Below, piece after piece: positions 24,378 through 37,544 of a stretch of DNA of 64,000 bases. Both the position numbers and the translations under genes were made by a program. The stretch's first letter is position 1; every line of letters begins with the position of its first letter. The notes beneath the pieces are model-generated. The model was not told where the DNA came from. It worked only from the letters and a program-made list of their open reading frames with translations, and did not search any database. Origin of the DNA: Somniosus microcephalus (taxonomy: Eukaryota); the NCBI GenBank assembly GCA_052327205.1, contig JBMRGM010000043.1, positions 25,358,001-25,422,000 on the forward strand. Reading direction: 5' to 3'.

Positions 24378-25159
24378 TCTATATATATAAAGGAATCGAT
24401 CTGTCTATCTGTCTGTCTGTCCTTCTGGCCTCGGGTGTGCATCTGTCCGGCTATGCGCTCGAAAGTTATAGAGCCTAACTACGCGCGCGTTAACTCTGAA
24501 GAAAGCGTACACTTCTGGGACGGTCGTAAGCGTATTTACTTTTCGGTCGCACGAAAATTGTTAGCGCCTTATGCAAAAAACCTTCAAAATTAAACTCATT
24601 ATCTGCAACTTAGCATTGATTGACTGACGTCAAGGTTCCTCCAATCCTGTGCCATCACGATTGACCAATCCTACAGAATGGTCCCCTGATGGTTGGCCAA
24701 TCGGTGTGTGTGTGTGGGCGGGACTAATCATTTTCATCTCAGGGATCTGGCAGCCATTGTTTCACTGCCATTACTTCAGCTTCCAGCTCAAACTACTTTG
24801 ATCATCCAGCTTTGAAAAAGTTAATATCTCTTTTTAAAATAACATAAGATTTACCAAAAACGTTTTATAAAAACTTTCACTTTTATTTTTCAAGGTATTA
24901 AAAGGTAGAAATGTTGCCCGGCAGCAGATTGAGAGAGGGACACAGACATGGCCTGAAAGCCTGGTACTCGATTTAAAATGTTGCCCGGCAGCAGATTGAG
25001 AGAAGGACACAGAGACCGGGCCCAAAAGCCTGGGACTCCATTTAAAATGTTGCCCGGCACCAGATTCACAGAGGGACACAGGGAGGCCCCAAAGCCTGGC
25101 ACTCGATTTAAACCGCCCGCCCCAAAACAGCCCTGGAAAAGCCGGGCTGCCCCAGCTAG
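24378..25159 (+). mobile_element. Non-autonomous Helitron
   Basis: Sits between A and T; starts TC (tctatatatataaagg…), ends with GC hairpin cagccc…gggctg then CTAG; no TSD; internal ~68-bp tandem repeats at ~24908-25112. Confidence 0.82.
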
Positions 25160-25948
25160 TACTCTATTGGTGTCAGTATGAACGTTATTTATTTCTTTCG
25201 CTATCTCTTACTCCAGATCGTCCTCTATAAGATTCTCTATCATTATATCCATTTCAATACCCTCTCTGCCCATGTGCGTATCTCTCTATTCCGATTAATA
25301 TTTCTATCTCTATCTCCATGTTGATCACCAGTTCTAGCTAAATCTCCAATACTTCTAACTTCATCCCTCCAATCTCCATCTCAATGTATATCCCAGTCTC
25401 TCTCATTCTATCAGTATTTCACAAACTATTTCAATGTATCTCTATTTCTATCGATCTATCTCTCTATCTATGTCTCTCTATCGCTATCTCTATCTGCCTA
25501 ACTGTATCTATCCCTATTTATCTCTATCTCTCTACCTCTCCATTTCTCTATCACTCTCTCTATCTACGTCCATTTAGAACTCTATCTCTATCACCCTTAT
25601 CTCTACCTCTACCCCAATTTCTTTCTGTATACTTATATAGCTCTTTTTGTATCAAATCATTTATCTGTACCTCTATCTCTATCTCTAATTCATTCTCTAC
25701 CAACATCTCCAAACTTATGTCCATCTCAATCCTTTCTCTGCCTCTGTGCCTATCACAATCTTCTCTGTATTCTGTATCTATCTCTATTTCTACCAATATC
25801 TCTGCCTCTACCTCTATCTCCATCTATAATCTATAATCTGTATCTCTGTCTCTCATCTGTCATTAATCTCTGATATTTCAGTAGTACCCTTATTTACACG
25901 ATTGCTAAACTGTGTAAACCCGTAGTTAAGTGAGATGCATTTCCACAG

Positions 25949-26142
25949 AGAGAAAACGTGCAATACGTAGAGGAAACAGGAAGTTAAATTATGCATATCT
26001 TGCAGTTACTTTACTTGGAGACTCTGAAGAGCCGAGATGGTTTTACTTCTCCACCACTCAATTGACCGAAATAAAAGTGATCTTACTGTCCTTACAAATC
26101 TCATTATTAATCCTTATTTTCGATCTGATAATTATTTCCTAG
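25949..26142 (+). CDS. Candidate gene B terminal exon (degenerate 32-nt exon with lost donor, read-through ERKRAIRRGNRKLNYAYL…IIIS*)
   Basis: ttccacag acceptor in phase 1, in frame with exon 21529-21620; aggaaacag-gaagtta versus aggaaacag-gtaagtta in genes A and C. Confidence 0.35.
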
Positions 26143-29100
26143 TAAGAATATGTCAATCGAGTAATAGAAATGGACTGAAAATGTGCAATACAATTGAGAT
26201 TGTTGCATTGATAGAATGTTAATTTCCTTTCATGGAAAGTTTGAATCTTCTGACTATTACGTGGCTCCTGTGACATGAATCATCAACAACTGGAAGGGAA
26301 TCGAGTGCCTGGGCATCTGGAAGAAATATACAGATGATCGGAGTATACAGGAAACTACGTAACATTCCGGAGGCAATAATTGAAGCAAGCATTTTATTCC
26401 TACAATTGGCTAAAAAGTTTATAGCAAGGGGAGCACCTCATTTCGAGATGCTCAGTCAAAAGAAAAAGTGTGCAATCGTCACGTTTTAACCACGATTAGG
26501 ATCTTTCTTCACAAGATCCTCTATGTGCAGAACCTGATTCATCTCTCTGTTGTATACAACTGTTGATTGATCATCACAGAGAATAAGTAGCCCACCTCGA
26601 ACAACTTAAGCATCTGTTTGTGGATGTAGATATCCGAAGTTCAATGATCTATTGAAACCTTTGGTAAACTATCTTCCTGACTGTGATAGGAATATTTTCA
26701 TTCGGACCTAAAAGACTTTCTATCGCTTGGACATTTCGCTTGTATTCACCAGATTATTAACTGCTCATCTCCCAGATGTTTCGGGAGATCTTCTGATTGA
26801 ATGATTTCGCCTGGAATTTTCGTATTGGTACTAATTGGTTGCTTATAACTTGTTGCTTATAGCTCATTTCTGCTACTGACCAATTTGATGATGGTCTGGA
26901 TATTTGCATGTATAAGCCTGATAATTTCTGAAGCTCACTGAATATTTGTTACTCGAATAATTCTCTGCTGGACAATATCTTTCAGAGTCATGTTTCATTG
27001 AATATAACAAATTGACGTCGGAGAACACTGTTTGGCTGATTTTAACTTGATTGCATCATTTCAACTACTGATCAGTTGGGTTCGGGCCTCGATAGTTTCA
27101 TGTACAAGCAGGTTGGCTGAATGTAACCTTGGCGCTGTTTATTGGCAGCTGAATAGATAATTCTAACCGGAATAATTCTCTGCTGGACGCCTTATTTCAG
27201 TGACGGGATATCCATACATTTCTTATGGAATTCGGAGAAAACTGATTGATTGATTGATCCACAGTGGGCTCTTCTAATTTAACAATAATCGACATTACTA
27301 TTGCAGCAGTTATCATCAGGAGAGAATAACAAACCCGTCTGAAGACTGTTCCCTATTACTGAATGACAACACAATACTTAACGCATTCTGCATCTCAATG
27401 TCAGGTGGAATCAACGTCTGAGGGAGGGAAGATTGTGACTGAACTGTAACATGAATCGTCCTTCGTACAAGAGATCTAAGTAGATGAATGATTAACTATT
27501 GGAAACACTAAACGGGAGAGATCGGCATTGGTTATTGTTGAACAGACTGGGTGAAGGGGTCGAATCAATGGTTGAAATGGTGAAGAAGCACGAAGTTTTG
27601 AACTTAAGCATAATGTGGAGATGCTGTGTTGGATAGTTTGAACACGATCACCGGTTCTGATACACTTGTTTAGTAAACCTTCCTGTATCAACCGTGTCTA
27701 GACTCACTTAAAATTAAGGGAATCGACTCTTGTATGTTTAACGCTGTTACATTTGAAAATGTTGCTCCAGTTAGTCTAGTCATAGTAACTGACTTACTGG
27801 AATTCGACAGCGGTACAGGTGATTTACTAATAGTTTGAGTCAAGTACAATTTCAGATGCATGATAGCATAAATGCAGGCAACGCTATTGATTAGTGAGGG
27901 GAATGATATTGAATCATATTTAATAGCTACTCACAGATTGATGTGGTGTTAATGATTCACAGCATAATAGTTTCCCCACAGGCTGAAGACGGCAGGATTG
28001 GTGCTTGACACATGACGTTTTTAAAGCCTTGATGAAAGACTGGGGGGATAGTATTTTGTGATTGAATGTCGAGGAGAATTGATGATTCACTGACAGACTG
28101 CAGTCTACAGATTGGAACAATAGTATTATCCTTTGCAGTTAAAATCGAGAGAAAGGGACATGGGCGAGGTGTCATTGTTTTATAAAACAATAGTGACAAT
28201 ACTATTTTTAAATAAAGAATAACGAAACTGAGTAAATATAATAATCATTACTGATCAGAATGTTGCTAATTAACTGATATTCTGTTAATGCTTAGGAGAG
28301 GAGCGGAATTATTGATTCACAGCCAGTCTGCTCAGGGACATTAATTATCGAAATAAAATAGAAGCAGATAATCTGAATGAGCTACAGGCAGTTTGGGGAT
28401 GAAAGTTATTACCAGCTTGCAAAGACTCAGACACCTGATGTATAGCGTTATAAGCAGCAATGCACAGGGTTGATGCCAGAATGAGTTCAGGAACTAATAG
28501 AGAGACAGCAGAAAGGGACGATATCAGATATTTACCCAAACTTATATGGAAATGTAGTGACTGCAGGAAGATTGAGTGGACCTGTAGTGAGATTGACAGA
28601 GAGGCTAAAGGTTAGGTTTTAAGATGCATCAGCTAAGGTGGGGCTGGACACAATTGGGGATTGCTGGTAATCTCGGATAAAGCTGTTACAGATCCAAATA
28701 GAAATATTTGACAAGCCCAACAAGCAACGATTTGCAGGGAATGTCACTATTTAGATTGTTGGGGTGGTTGTTACTGATTGTCGATGGACACTGGGTTCAG
28801 ACCGGAGCAGATTTGTCATTAACAAATAACGGAATTAAGGCGCTGTCCATGACGTGGAGACAAAGTGATGTTTCTAATGATTCACTAAAGACTCGGGGAC
28901 GGTCACAACAAAGAGGTATTATTTAATCATTGATAGTAGGCTGTTAAACCGAATATCCAACATATGGGGACCGTTCACAAAACTTAAAGATTTCCATCCC
29001 ATCTGCAGTCTGCAGTGTGCTGAGGTTTCCCATTGACAATCTGGCGGAAAGAGACGCAGTAATCGTTAATTTTGGACCGGAACACGGGGATGTTGCTAAC

Positions 29101-30019
29101 AGACAGAGCAGTCGCTTTGCTGATTTACAGGCGCACAGTTTGAGCTCTGCTTTGCACGGGGTTTTCTGGGCTGCGAGCTCGCACTGGCAGAATTGATAAC
29201 ATATTGAATGGAGACATTGTTCTATTCATAGACTATTTGGGCAGGAGATGTCCAAGTTGATGGACTCATGTACTCTGATACTCCGCCAGTGAGTCGGAGG
29301 TATACTGTGGGGAAATGAGAGTGTGTCCGATGTTGATAGGTAATGGAAAAGCACGACCCGAGATTTGTATACACCGAGACGAGGTAATATACTGCTGGGT
29401 GACAGATATAATGTAAACGTAAATCCCTGGTGATTTCTAGGCATATTGCTCGGGGCATTACTTGTGTGCATAGCAGTGCTTTTATTGTTGAATGACAAAT
29501 GTCCTATACCAGGCGGTGTGGCAGCATTGTCACTGCACACACGTTTGAAGAATTCTATTTTTGTGATTGTAGTTAGCAGAGAGTTATTACTGATGACTGA
29601 CATTCTGGTGTGGGGGGAGTGTCTGTAATTAACGCATGTGCTGGTTGCCAGCTTCAGTTTGACACGGGTATTCAGAGTTCTCCCCTTCATTGCACAGTTT
29701 CTGACGTACTTTGAATAGGCCGCAGTGTTAAATAAAAAACTGAGCGTGTTTTATTGGTGTAAACTGTTTGGATTTGCAGCTCCGAATAATCTAAAGTGCT
29801 GCAATCAATTAATTGTTCATTATTAAGATTACAATTAGTAAATGCATCTTTGCTATTGAAATGCCAGCTGGTTTTTAGAAATCTCTGCTGTTTCTGGCCA
29901 GGGTGAATTATTTACAACCAATGATCTTTTATTAATTTCGATATGAATACTGCAATAAATGTTGAAATGTTGTGATACATTCAGAAGCTGTCTTTAAATA
30001 TTTTACAAACTGAAAGCTG

Positions 30020-30610
30020 ACCGGTACCAGTTCAGGTAGGGTATGGCATAACCAAAGGGCAGGACCTGTATAGGTAGCATATGTATCCATCCCAGAATTT
30101 CATGTAGTATTGACAGACCTGTAGCAGCAGTAAACTGTAGGTACTTATCACAGACCTGTACAAAGAAGTTAGCGTGGGTACTAATCACAGATCAGTATCA
30201 ATAAGCTTGTGTAGGTAATAACATAAAGTCTGCACCCATATGACAGTGCAGGTATTAATCATAAATCATAGTTTTGGTATAATCAGGAATCTGTATATTT
30301 TGCAGTCTATGTACTAATATCAGATCTGCAAATTTAGGGCAGTGTCGGTAATAATCACAGATCTGTACACAGACAGCACTGTAAGTACTGATCATAGACC
30401 AGTAGTAATAGGACAATATATGTACTACTTATACACGGAATAATCATGGTCATGAAACAGTAGTACAATATAGATAATAGTCATAGAGCTTTACCAGTAG
30501 AGCAGTGCCGGCACTAATCAGAAAAGAGGGTATTCTAGTTAAGAATTACAGACTAGCACCTCAGCATAGGTACTAAACATAGCCCTGTACCAATAGGACA
30601 GTTGCGGTGC
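30020..30610. repeat. Degenerate ~37-bp minisatellite upstream of gene C
   Basis: Same unit as 5190-5880. Confidence 0.7.
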
Positions 30611-30639
30611 ACATCAGTGAATAAAACCTGTGGGACCTT

Positions 30640-31245
30640 GGGCCTCATAAAGAGAGACATAGAATACAAAAGCCAGGAAGTTAGGCGAAATGAACATAAA
30701 TCACTAGTTCATCCCCTGGTAGAGTGTTCTTTCCAATTCTGGGCACCGCACTTTAGGTAGCACGTGAAGCCTTTGGAGATGGTGCAGAAGAGATTTATTA
30801 GAATGGTTCCAGGGATGAGGGTTTACAGTTATGGATAGACTAGAGCAGCTGGGGTTGTTCTCCTTAGAGCAGAAAAGGCGAAGAGGAGATTTGATAGAGT
30901 TATTTATAATGATGAAGTCTTTAGGTAGACTAACCAGAGAGAATCACTTTCCAATGACTGAAGGCTCGATAACCAGAGGGCAGATAATTAAGTTGATTGG
31001 CAAAAAACCAGAGGCGACATGAGGGAAAACTTTTTAACAAAACGCGTGGTTATGATATTGAGTGGTGGGTGTAGATTCAATAGCAGCCTTCAAAAGGGAA
31101 TTGGATAATTACTTGCTGGAGATAAAAACTGCAGGGATATGGGGCAAGAGCAGGGGAGTGGGGCAAACCTGATTGCTTTTGGAAAGAGCCAGCACAGACT
31201 CGATGGACCGAATAGCCTCCTTCCGTGCTGTACTATCCCAACTTC
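30640..31245 (+). mobile_element. CR1 3' fragment
   Basis: MDRLEQLGLFSLEQKRRRGDLIE remnant and 3' tail. Confidence 0.8.
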
Positions 31246-32708
31246 TATAAAATTATTGACTCGTGCCAGTAGGACAGTATAGATACAATTTGTAATGCTG
31301 GGGCAAATGTTTCACAGCCATACTTATTGATTGTATTCACAGGCTTATATATCTACGTATAGTGTCAGTGATATGGTTAATAGATTCATACAACACTTAC
31401 TCAGTAATTACAAAGGTACACCACATTAATAACAACATGCATGGAAACATTTTTTAACACAGACAGCACTGAATGGGTAAGATATTCCATTGACCTGCAT
31501 GTCTGCAATGAGATAGCTAAACTTATCTAGAGTGCAAAAATTAATGTTAAAATATAATTAGAGACTTGGTTCTGGTAGAGCAATGTTAATGGTTACCTGG
31601 AGTGAGCCGGATGGTGGGATTAGATTGGACAGCTAACGCAGATGCAACTGATGATAAGCCTGTCTTTAGGCTTCAGCAATTTGTGAGTTGAATCACCTTT
31701 GTTATACACCGGGTTAAACTCTTGGGACTTCAATGGTTAATGGTGCCAGAGTGAAACACGTTCAGTGGTAACTGTTCCTACTGGTACCTGCCCTTCATCT
31801 TGTTTCCCAGGCCACACACACGGAGATGGGGTGACCGCTTCCGTAAAACCGTGAAAAAAACCAAGCATTCAGCCTGGGGCCACAGATCAGGCCAATCTCT
31901 GTGCTAACGGTACAAGCTGCGGTTACAGTAAATCTTGTAAAAACAGTTTCCAGAGATGTCTCCGGCCTGCATTCCAACTGTTCCCTTCTGATAAGAATTT
32001 ATTTTAAAACTGCCAGGGCTCAGTTCACTTTTCAGCGTTAGGGTGGACTCGTCATCACGGTTTAAATTCTCCTTTTCTGCAATGTTGTCAGAAGTGACAG
32101 TGATCTCAGTGCGCAGTCGCCTGGTGCATGGGCAGTGAGCTCCACAGCTGCAGAGTGCTCCCGGGGAACTCGCTCCAGCCGCTGTCTCCTCATTCTCCGT
32201 AAGTATAGAATCGGGATCTGCGCGTGTGGGCGTTTGGTACTGAAGAAGTAGAACAGTGTCAGCGGCTGAATGTGGGCGGGTACATTTGGCGGGAGCAGGA
32301 GTGGGAAGCGGAACAATGCACTTGGGAATAGGTTGTTCTGTTTTTGAAGGAATTGATCTGTTCTGGCGGTCAGTGGAAATGTTATCCAAATCTGACTGAA
32401 TAGAGGCTGCATTGAAACAAAGAGAATTATGATCCATGGGTTTTTAATATTTGTCATGGCTCTCTTAAAGGCGAGCGACTGTCAGCAAAGTGGAAAAATG
32501 CAATGCTTTTGGGAAAGGGCAGGGGAGCGGGACCAATTAGCAAGTTCTGTCGAAGAACCGGAACAGGCACCAAAAGCCGAATGGCCTCCTTCTGCGCTGC
32601 ATGATTGTTGATTTAACTTTTCAGATAAAAGGAACTGAAAACAGCTGATCCGAAGTGAGCGTCTTCACAGAGGGAAGGAAGCTTCTGCTTGGAACCCCCG
32701 CTTTCGAA

Positions 32709-32739
32709 ATGAAGCACATCTGTCGCCTTCTGATCTTCT
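32709..32739 (+). CDS. Gene C leader exon S1 (MKHICRLLIF)
   Basis: ATG, phase-1 gtaagt donor. Confidence 0.8.
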
Positions 32740-33304
32740 GTAAGTGAATCTCAAATATTACCTGTGCCTTTGAAAATCTGCGTTACTCACCCCAGACCCA
32801 CCATCAGATTAATAAAGCTCATTCTGTAAACGGCAGCGGCACACTAAATTGATATTGACAGTTTCTGAAAGTAAAACATTTATTTAAAAAGGCGATGAAA
32901 TGTCATTTCTATGTTTCAGTTTTAATCGGACTTTAGTGCAACAATGCTAAGTTTGATTAGTCAGGGTACCAGGATCTTTCTGCACGTCTGAAGAGATCCC
33001 TTTACTACAGCAGGTTGCTTCTAAACAGCATAATATTTTTTGCGTTACCAATTATTTAGCCTCACCTGCAGAAACTGCTTTCAAATGTCTAATTCTTGTA
33101 GTTCTGTTTATAAGTAGGAATTAACATTGTTATGCACGTCATATCACGTGTCAGCGTTGTCCCAGTTGTTTCACTCTTACTAAATGCTATTAATAAATTC
33201 AGTGAGCTTTGCAGCGCTTGGTTTCTGCGGCTAGCTGTTAATCTTGGTCTATATCATTGCTTCATGGCTTTGTGTGGCACGGGCTGTCTTCTTTTTTATC
33301 ATCT

Positions 33305-33950
33305 GCTATAGAGAGAAAGGGAGAAAGATAGATTTATAGAGAGATAGAGAGGGAGAAACTTTCACACAAACACACACAAACAGATAACGAAAAAGCAGAG
33401 ACAGACCGAGACAGAGATATAGTCAAATGGAGAGAGAGCAAGACAGAGAGAAAGAGATGGAGTCAATGTGTCAGAGTGAAAGAGGAAGATTAACACACGA
33501 GAGAGACAGAGCCAAAGAGATACCTCAAGTCATAGACACAGACGACTGAGAGAGAGACACACAAAAAGATAGAGAGAGAGAGAACATGAGGGTGAGAGAA
33601 GGAGGTAGAGACACAGGTACAATGAAACAACATGCAGTGATAGCCAATGAAAGAGAAAGAGTGTCGAATAGACAGAGAGAGAGCAACAGAGAGTGAAATG
33701 CAGACAGTGACACTGACATAAGTTAAGTCAGAGACAGGTTGAGACCGAGAGATATACGGGCAAACAGATGATAGTTTGACAGAGAGAGAGAGAGTCAGCG
33801 AGGGAGAGATAGATTGAGCGAGTGACAGACAAACAGAAGGAAAACATTCAGAGAGGCGGTGGGCTAAAGTTTCTGTGAGAGAGCGAAAGAGAGATGGGCA
33901 GAGCGAGTGACACTCAGATAGGGACAGGGCGAGACAGAGAGAGAGCATTA
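33305..33950. repeat. GA-rich degenerate microsatellite
   Basis: (GA)n/(GACA)n-like tract; shorter version at 7410-7575. Confidence 0.8.
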
Positions 33951-35005
33951 GTCTTATTTTCAACTCACGTATGTGCAAACACTATGATTAATTTTTTTAA
34001 TTACTGGTGAAAGGGAGAGCAACATACAGCAATGTGTTACCCGGGCGCCATTTTGAATTTCTGGCTCGTTTAGTATCTGCTGCCTAACCTGGAGTTACAA
34101 AGCTGAAGAGATAACATTTACTTTGATTTAACATGACCTAAACTGGTGGTTTTAAAGGAATTTGGCAGGGAATTTCATAATTGTGGATCTTTAATATTAA
34201 TGTCTGATACAATTTACTGTAACTTAGACAGAAGTGAGTCTTTATGGTCAAATGTCATTGAGACCGCCTTGCTGTGAAAGGCTGATGTCAGCGCTCTGTT
34301 TTCTTGTTAGCCACTGGACCACAAGAGCAGAAAACAGGAACAGACAACAGGGTTTGCATACTTAGGGTACCACCGGCTGTTTCACCAGAGCCTCATCTAT
34401 TTTAAAAACATGACATTAGTTGTGGGACCATGTCAGCCACAGCTAGTTCCACAGCTTAATGCGGTGAATCTTAAATGATGATAAGTCATTCTTAACTTGT
34501 TTGTTCTTGACCTTATAATCGCCCGCATGTTTTATTTGTTGCTCAGCACATAAACTAGTGAAAATAATTGGCCCAATTGAATACTTGAAACATTCACCCC
34601 ATTGATTCCTAGCTGGGCAAAAGGCCCAGGTGCTGCATGTTATACAATGAAATACAGAGACACCTGCATTGATCATTGACACTTTTGCAATTATTTTTGC
34701 AAAGTTTGCAGCATCAGGCATTGCCTTAGTAGTGTGATTCCTGTGGTCTGGGTTGGGACAAAATGTTCCTGCAGCTAGCTACTTGGTCATGCACTGTCTT
34801 CACGAGCAACAGTAGCAACCCAGTCAAAACTTGTGATGCTGATTAGGATAAAGATGATTTAAATGATGATAGACACATAAGAAAAGGAGGAGCCCATTCA
34901 GTCCTTCCAGGATGCTTTGTCATTCAATTATACCATGGTTGATCAGTACCTCCACTCCAATGACACCCCTTTGCTCAGTATACATAGTTACACTCACTCA
35001 ACTAG

Positions 35006-35395
35006 AGTCAGCCGTGGCTCAGTGGGTAGCAGGCTCGCCTCAGAGTTAGAAGGTTCATGGATTCGTCGCATTCCAGACACTTGAGCACAAAAATCTGGGA
35101 TTAAACTCCAGGGCAGTGCTGCGGGAGTGCTGCACTGTCGGAGGTGCCATCTTTCGGATGATACGTTAAAGCGAGGCCCCCTCGGGGAGATTATCCCCGG
35201 TGCCCTTTGCAATATTTGTCCTTCAATCAACATAACAAAAGCAGATAGTCTGGTCATTATTATCATCACTGTGTGAACATTGACTGCTACACTTCCTACA
35301 GTGACTACATTTCAAAAGCACTCCATTGGCTGCAAAGCGCTTTGGGAAGTCCTGAGGTTGTGAAAGGCGCTCTAAAAATGCAAGTCTTTCTTTTT
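35006..35395 (+). mobile_element. DeuSINE (paralog of 8603-8995)
   Basis: tRNA-like head plus Deu domain. Confidence 0.75.
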
Positions 35396-35958
35396 TTCAC
35401 TAAAATCTATCTTGATCTCCTTATTGGAATTCCAATTTACCCCCAGATTCCGCAGCATTCTTAGCGGAGTGGGTTTCAATTTCTCACTGCGCATTGTGTG
35501 AAAAGGTGCTTCCTGATTTCCATTCTAAATGGCCTATCACTTATTTTAAAGAAATGTTTCCTTCTCCATGACAGAACAAACACACTCAGTGGCTCTCAGA
35601 ACAATGACTCATTTCAATCTGTGTCAGTTTCCTTTCATCTGGCAGCATATTTTCCATGTAGTCCTCAGACCATTAGAATCTTCAACAACAACAAAATCTC
35701 AACTTTGTTCGTGAGAGGGTCAATTGGAATAATTCGATGTATTAATATTTTACTTTTACTTCAATTGTAATGAATATCTGGCGGCACGTATAAACTGGCA
35801 GTAAATGTGGTACCGCCTGTTTTATGTCCCTGCCGAAGTCGAATTTCTCCCCCCGGGTGTTTCCTGTATTCAGCTGCCTTACAACTTAGCAGCTTAGGTC
35901 AAACTTGAAAATGGCCTCTGATAATGAAACATATCTTACATTGTCTTCTCTATTTCAG

Positions 35959-35988
35959 TGCAAGTTACTCAGCAGGCGACCACACAAG
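35959..35988 (+). CDS. Gene C leader mini-exon S2 (LQVTQQATTQ)
   Basis: tatttcag|30 nt|gtatga. Confidence 0.75.
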
Positions 35989-37294
35989 GTATGATGACAA
36001 TAATGCTCAGAATTGATAATCTAGTTTGTGAAATGAACCCTTCCAATTTATAGCTAAAGGACTGTAACAATCCAGCAATGGAGTAATTGTCAGCTGTTCG
36101 CCCATGTGTAACACTGTCGTTCTGGATTCCCGACTTATAAGAGAAATGCTCAATTAACATGTTGATTGATTCAGTGGGAATGTAATGTGGGCGGTTTCTC
36201 TAACGGTCGGCCAGTCAGAACCCCAGTTTTAAGCATCAGCGCCGAATTTAATGTGTACCACAATATATTAAAGACAAAGTGAACTATAAATTGGTCTGGG
36301 TAACTGCCATCTCAGTCACCTGAGGATTGGAAGCGAGTATTCATAATTGATTAAATAAATGGATGAATATATAGACTGTTCTTTGATGAAGTAACAGCAA
36401 GTTTTGATGAAATTAGTGTGATAATGTTGTGCATAGACTTTGCAAAAGCGCTTAATGAAGTTCCAAATATCAGACTTGTTAACACAATTGAAACCAATAT
36501 GAATAAGGGGCAGTGGCAGTGTGGATAAGAAATGGACTAAGACTAAAAGCAGAGACTAGTTGTGAAAAGAATATTCAGTGGTGTCTCACAGAGGTCTGTA
36601 TTGGGACCTCTGTTCTGTCTGATATTTATATAACACCAGGAATTTGGTATACACGGGCGCAATTACAAGCCATGCAAAAGTCCCGAAGCTAGGAAATGTA
36701 GCAAGGAATAGGAAAGATTGAAGCAGACTTCAGGATGATAAAGACAGATGGGCGAAAAAGACAGACACATGGCAGATGCAATTTAATGCTGAAAATTGCA
36801 CAGGAAAGTTAATAAAAGTGTACCAGGGACATGGGATTTCAGTTGCATGGAGAAACGTGGGCTGTTCTCCTTTGAGCACAGAGGATTACGGTGTGATTTG
36901 ATAGATGTGTTCAAAATCATGAATGGTTTTGATATTGTAAATAAGGAGACACTGTTAAGATTTAAGTTAATTGTTAGATTTAAACTGCCTACCGCCTGAT
37001 AGAGGGAGGCGATTGTGCCGCGCAACCATTGGTCCTACTGAAAATGGTAGGGGGCAGAATGTCAGCGTTAAAGGAATGGTTAATCTACCGATCCCATGAA
37101 AAGGCCGTTACCACCCGATTTCAGCAAGTTAATGTCGCTTCTTAAATAGAAATGTCGATCAATAGACTCCTGATTGGCAGCGCCTGGTTGTGACACTGAG
37201 TAGAAATACCCACTGTATTGACTACAGTAGATAGTGCATAGATTAGAAGTTTCAATATTTCTAATCATAAATTCCATTTATTGTCTTTCTGCAG

Positions 37295-37544
37295 CTTCTG
37301 GGCCGGAAGTGCTGGTTAGTTATCCCAGCAGTGGTGTGGTAAAGGAAGGAGAGGAATTTAAGCTGCGGTGTCGATACAGTGGCAAAGCTACTTACGCTAA
37401 TTGGTTCAAAAATAATATACCTTTACATGAACCTCAGTGAGTTTTATGAATCGCTTGCAGACAGCAGCAGTGGAGGCTCTTACCAGTGTGAACTGTGGTC
37501 AAACAAATGGGAGAGGAGTGAGGCTCTGGAAGTTGTCACGATCG
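37295..37544 (+). pseudogene. Gene C Ig exon D1, frameshifted
   Basis: KEGEEFKLRC…NWFKNN in one frame, then GGSYQC…LEVV in another; 250 nt. Confidence 0.85.

Larger units (their letters stand above)
23110..25860. repeat. Long degenerate (TCTA/CT)n low-complexity tract interrupted by a MITE and a Helitron
   Basis: Visible tctcta/tatctc repeats at 23110-23360, 23950-24375 and 25170-25860. Confidence 0.85.

Noticed and set aside
24908-25112. Regularly spaced repeats resembling a CRISPR array
   Set aside because: Whole ~68-bp units repeat with no unique spacers; eukaryotic context, inside a Helitron
25384-25836. 150-aa hydrophobic ORF and similar S/L/I-rich ORFs at 24006 and 33490
   Set aside because: Translations of CT/GA microsatellite-like tracts
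25870-25930. Possible degenerate cytoplasmic exon (…STLIYTIAKLCKPVV) in gene B
   Set aside because: No acceptor gives the required phase, and similarity to C's exons is too weak
29226-29690. 154-aa minus-strand ORF as a possible endogenous viral gene
   Set aside because: No recognisable motif; neighbouring frames are full of stops; cannot be supported without a search
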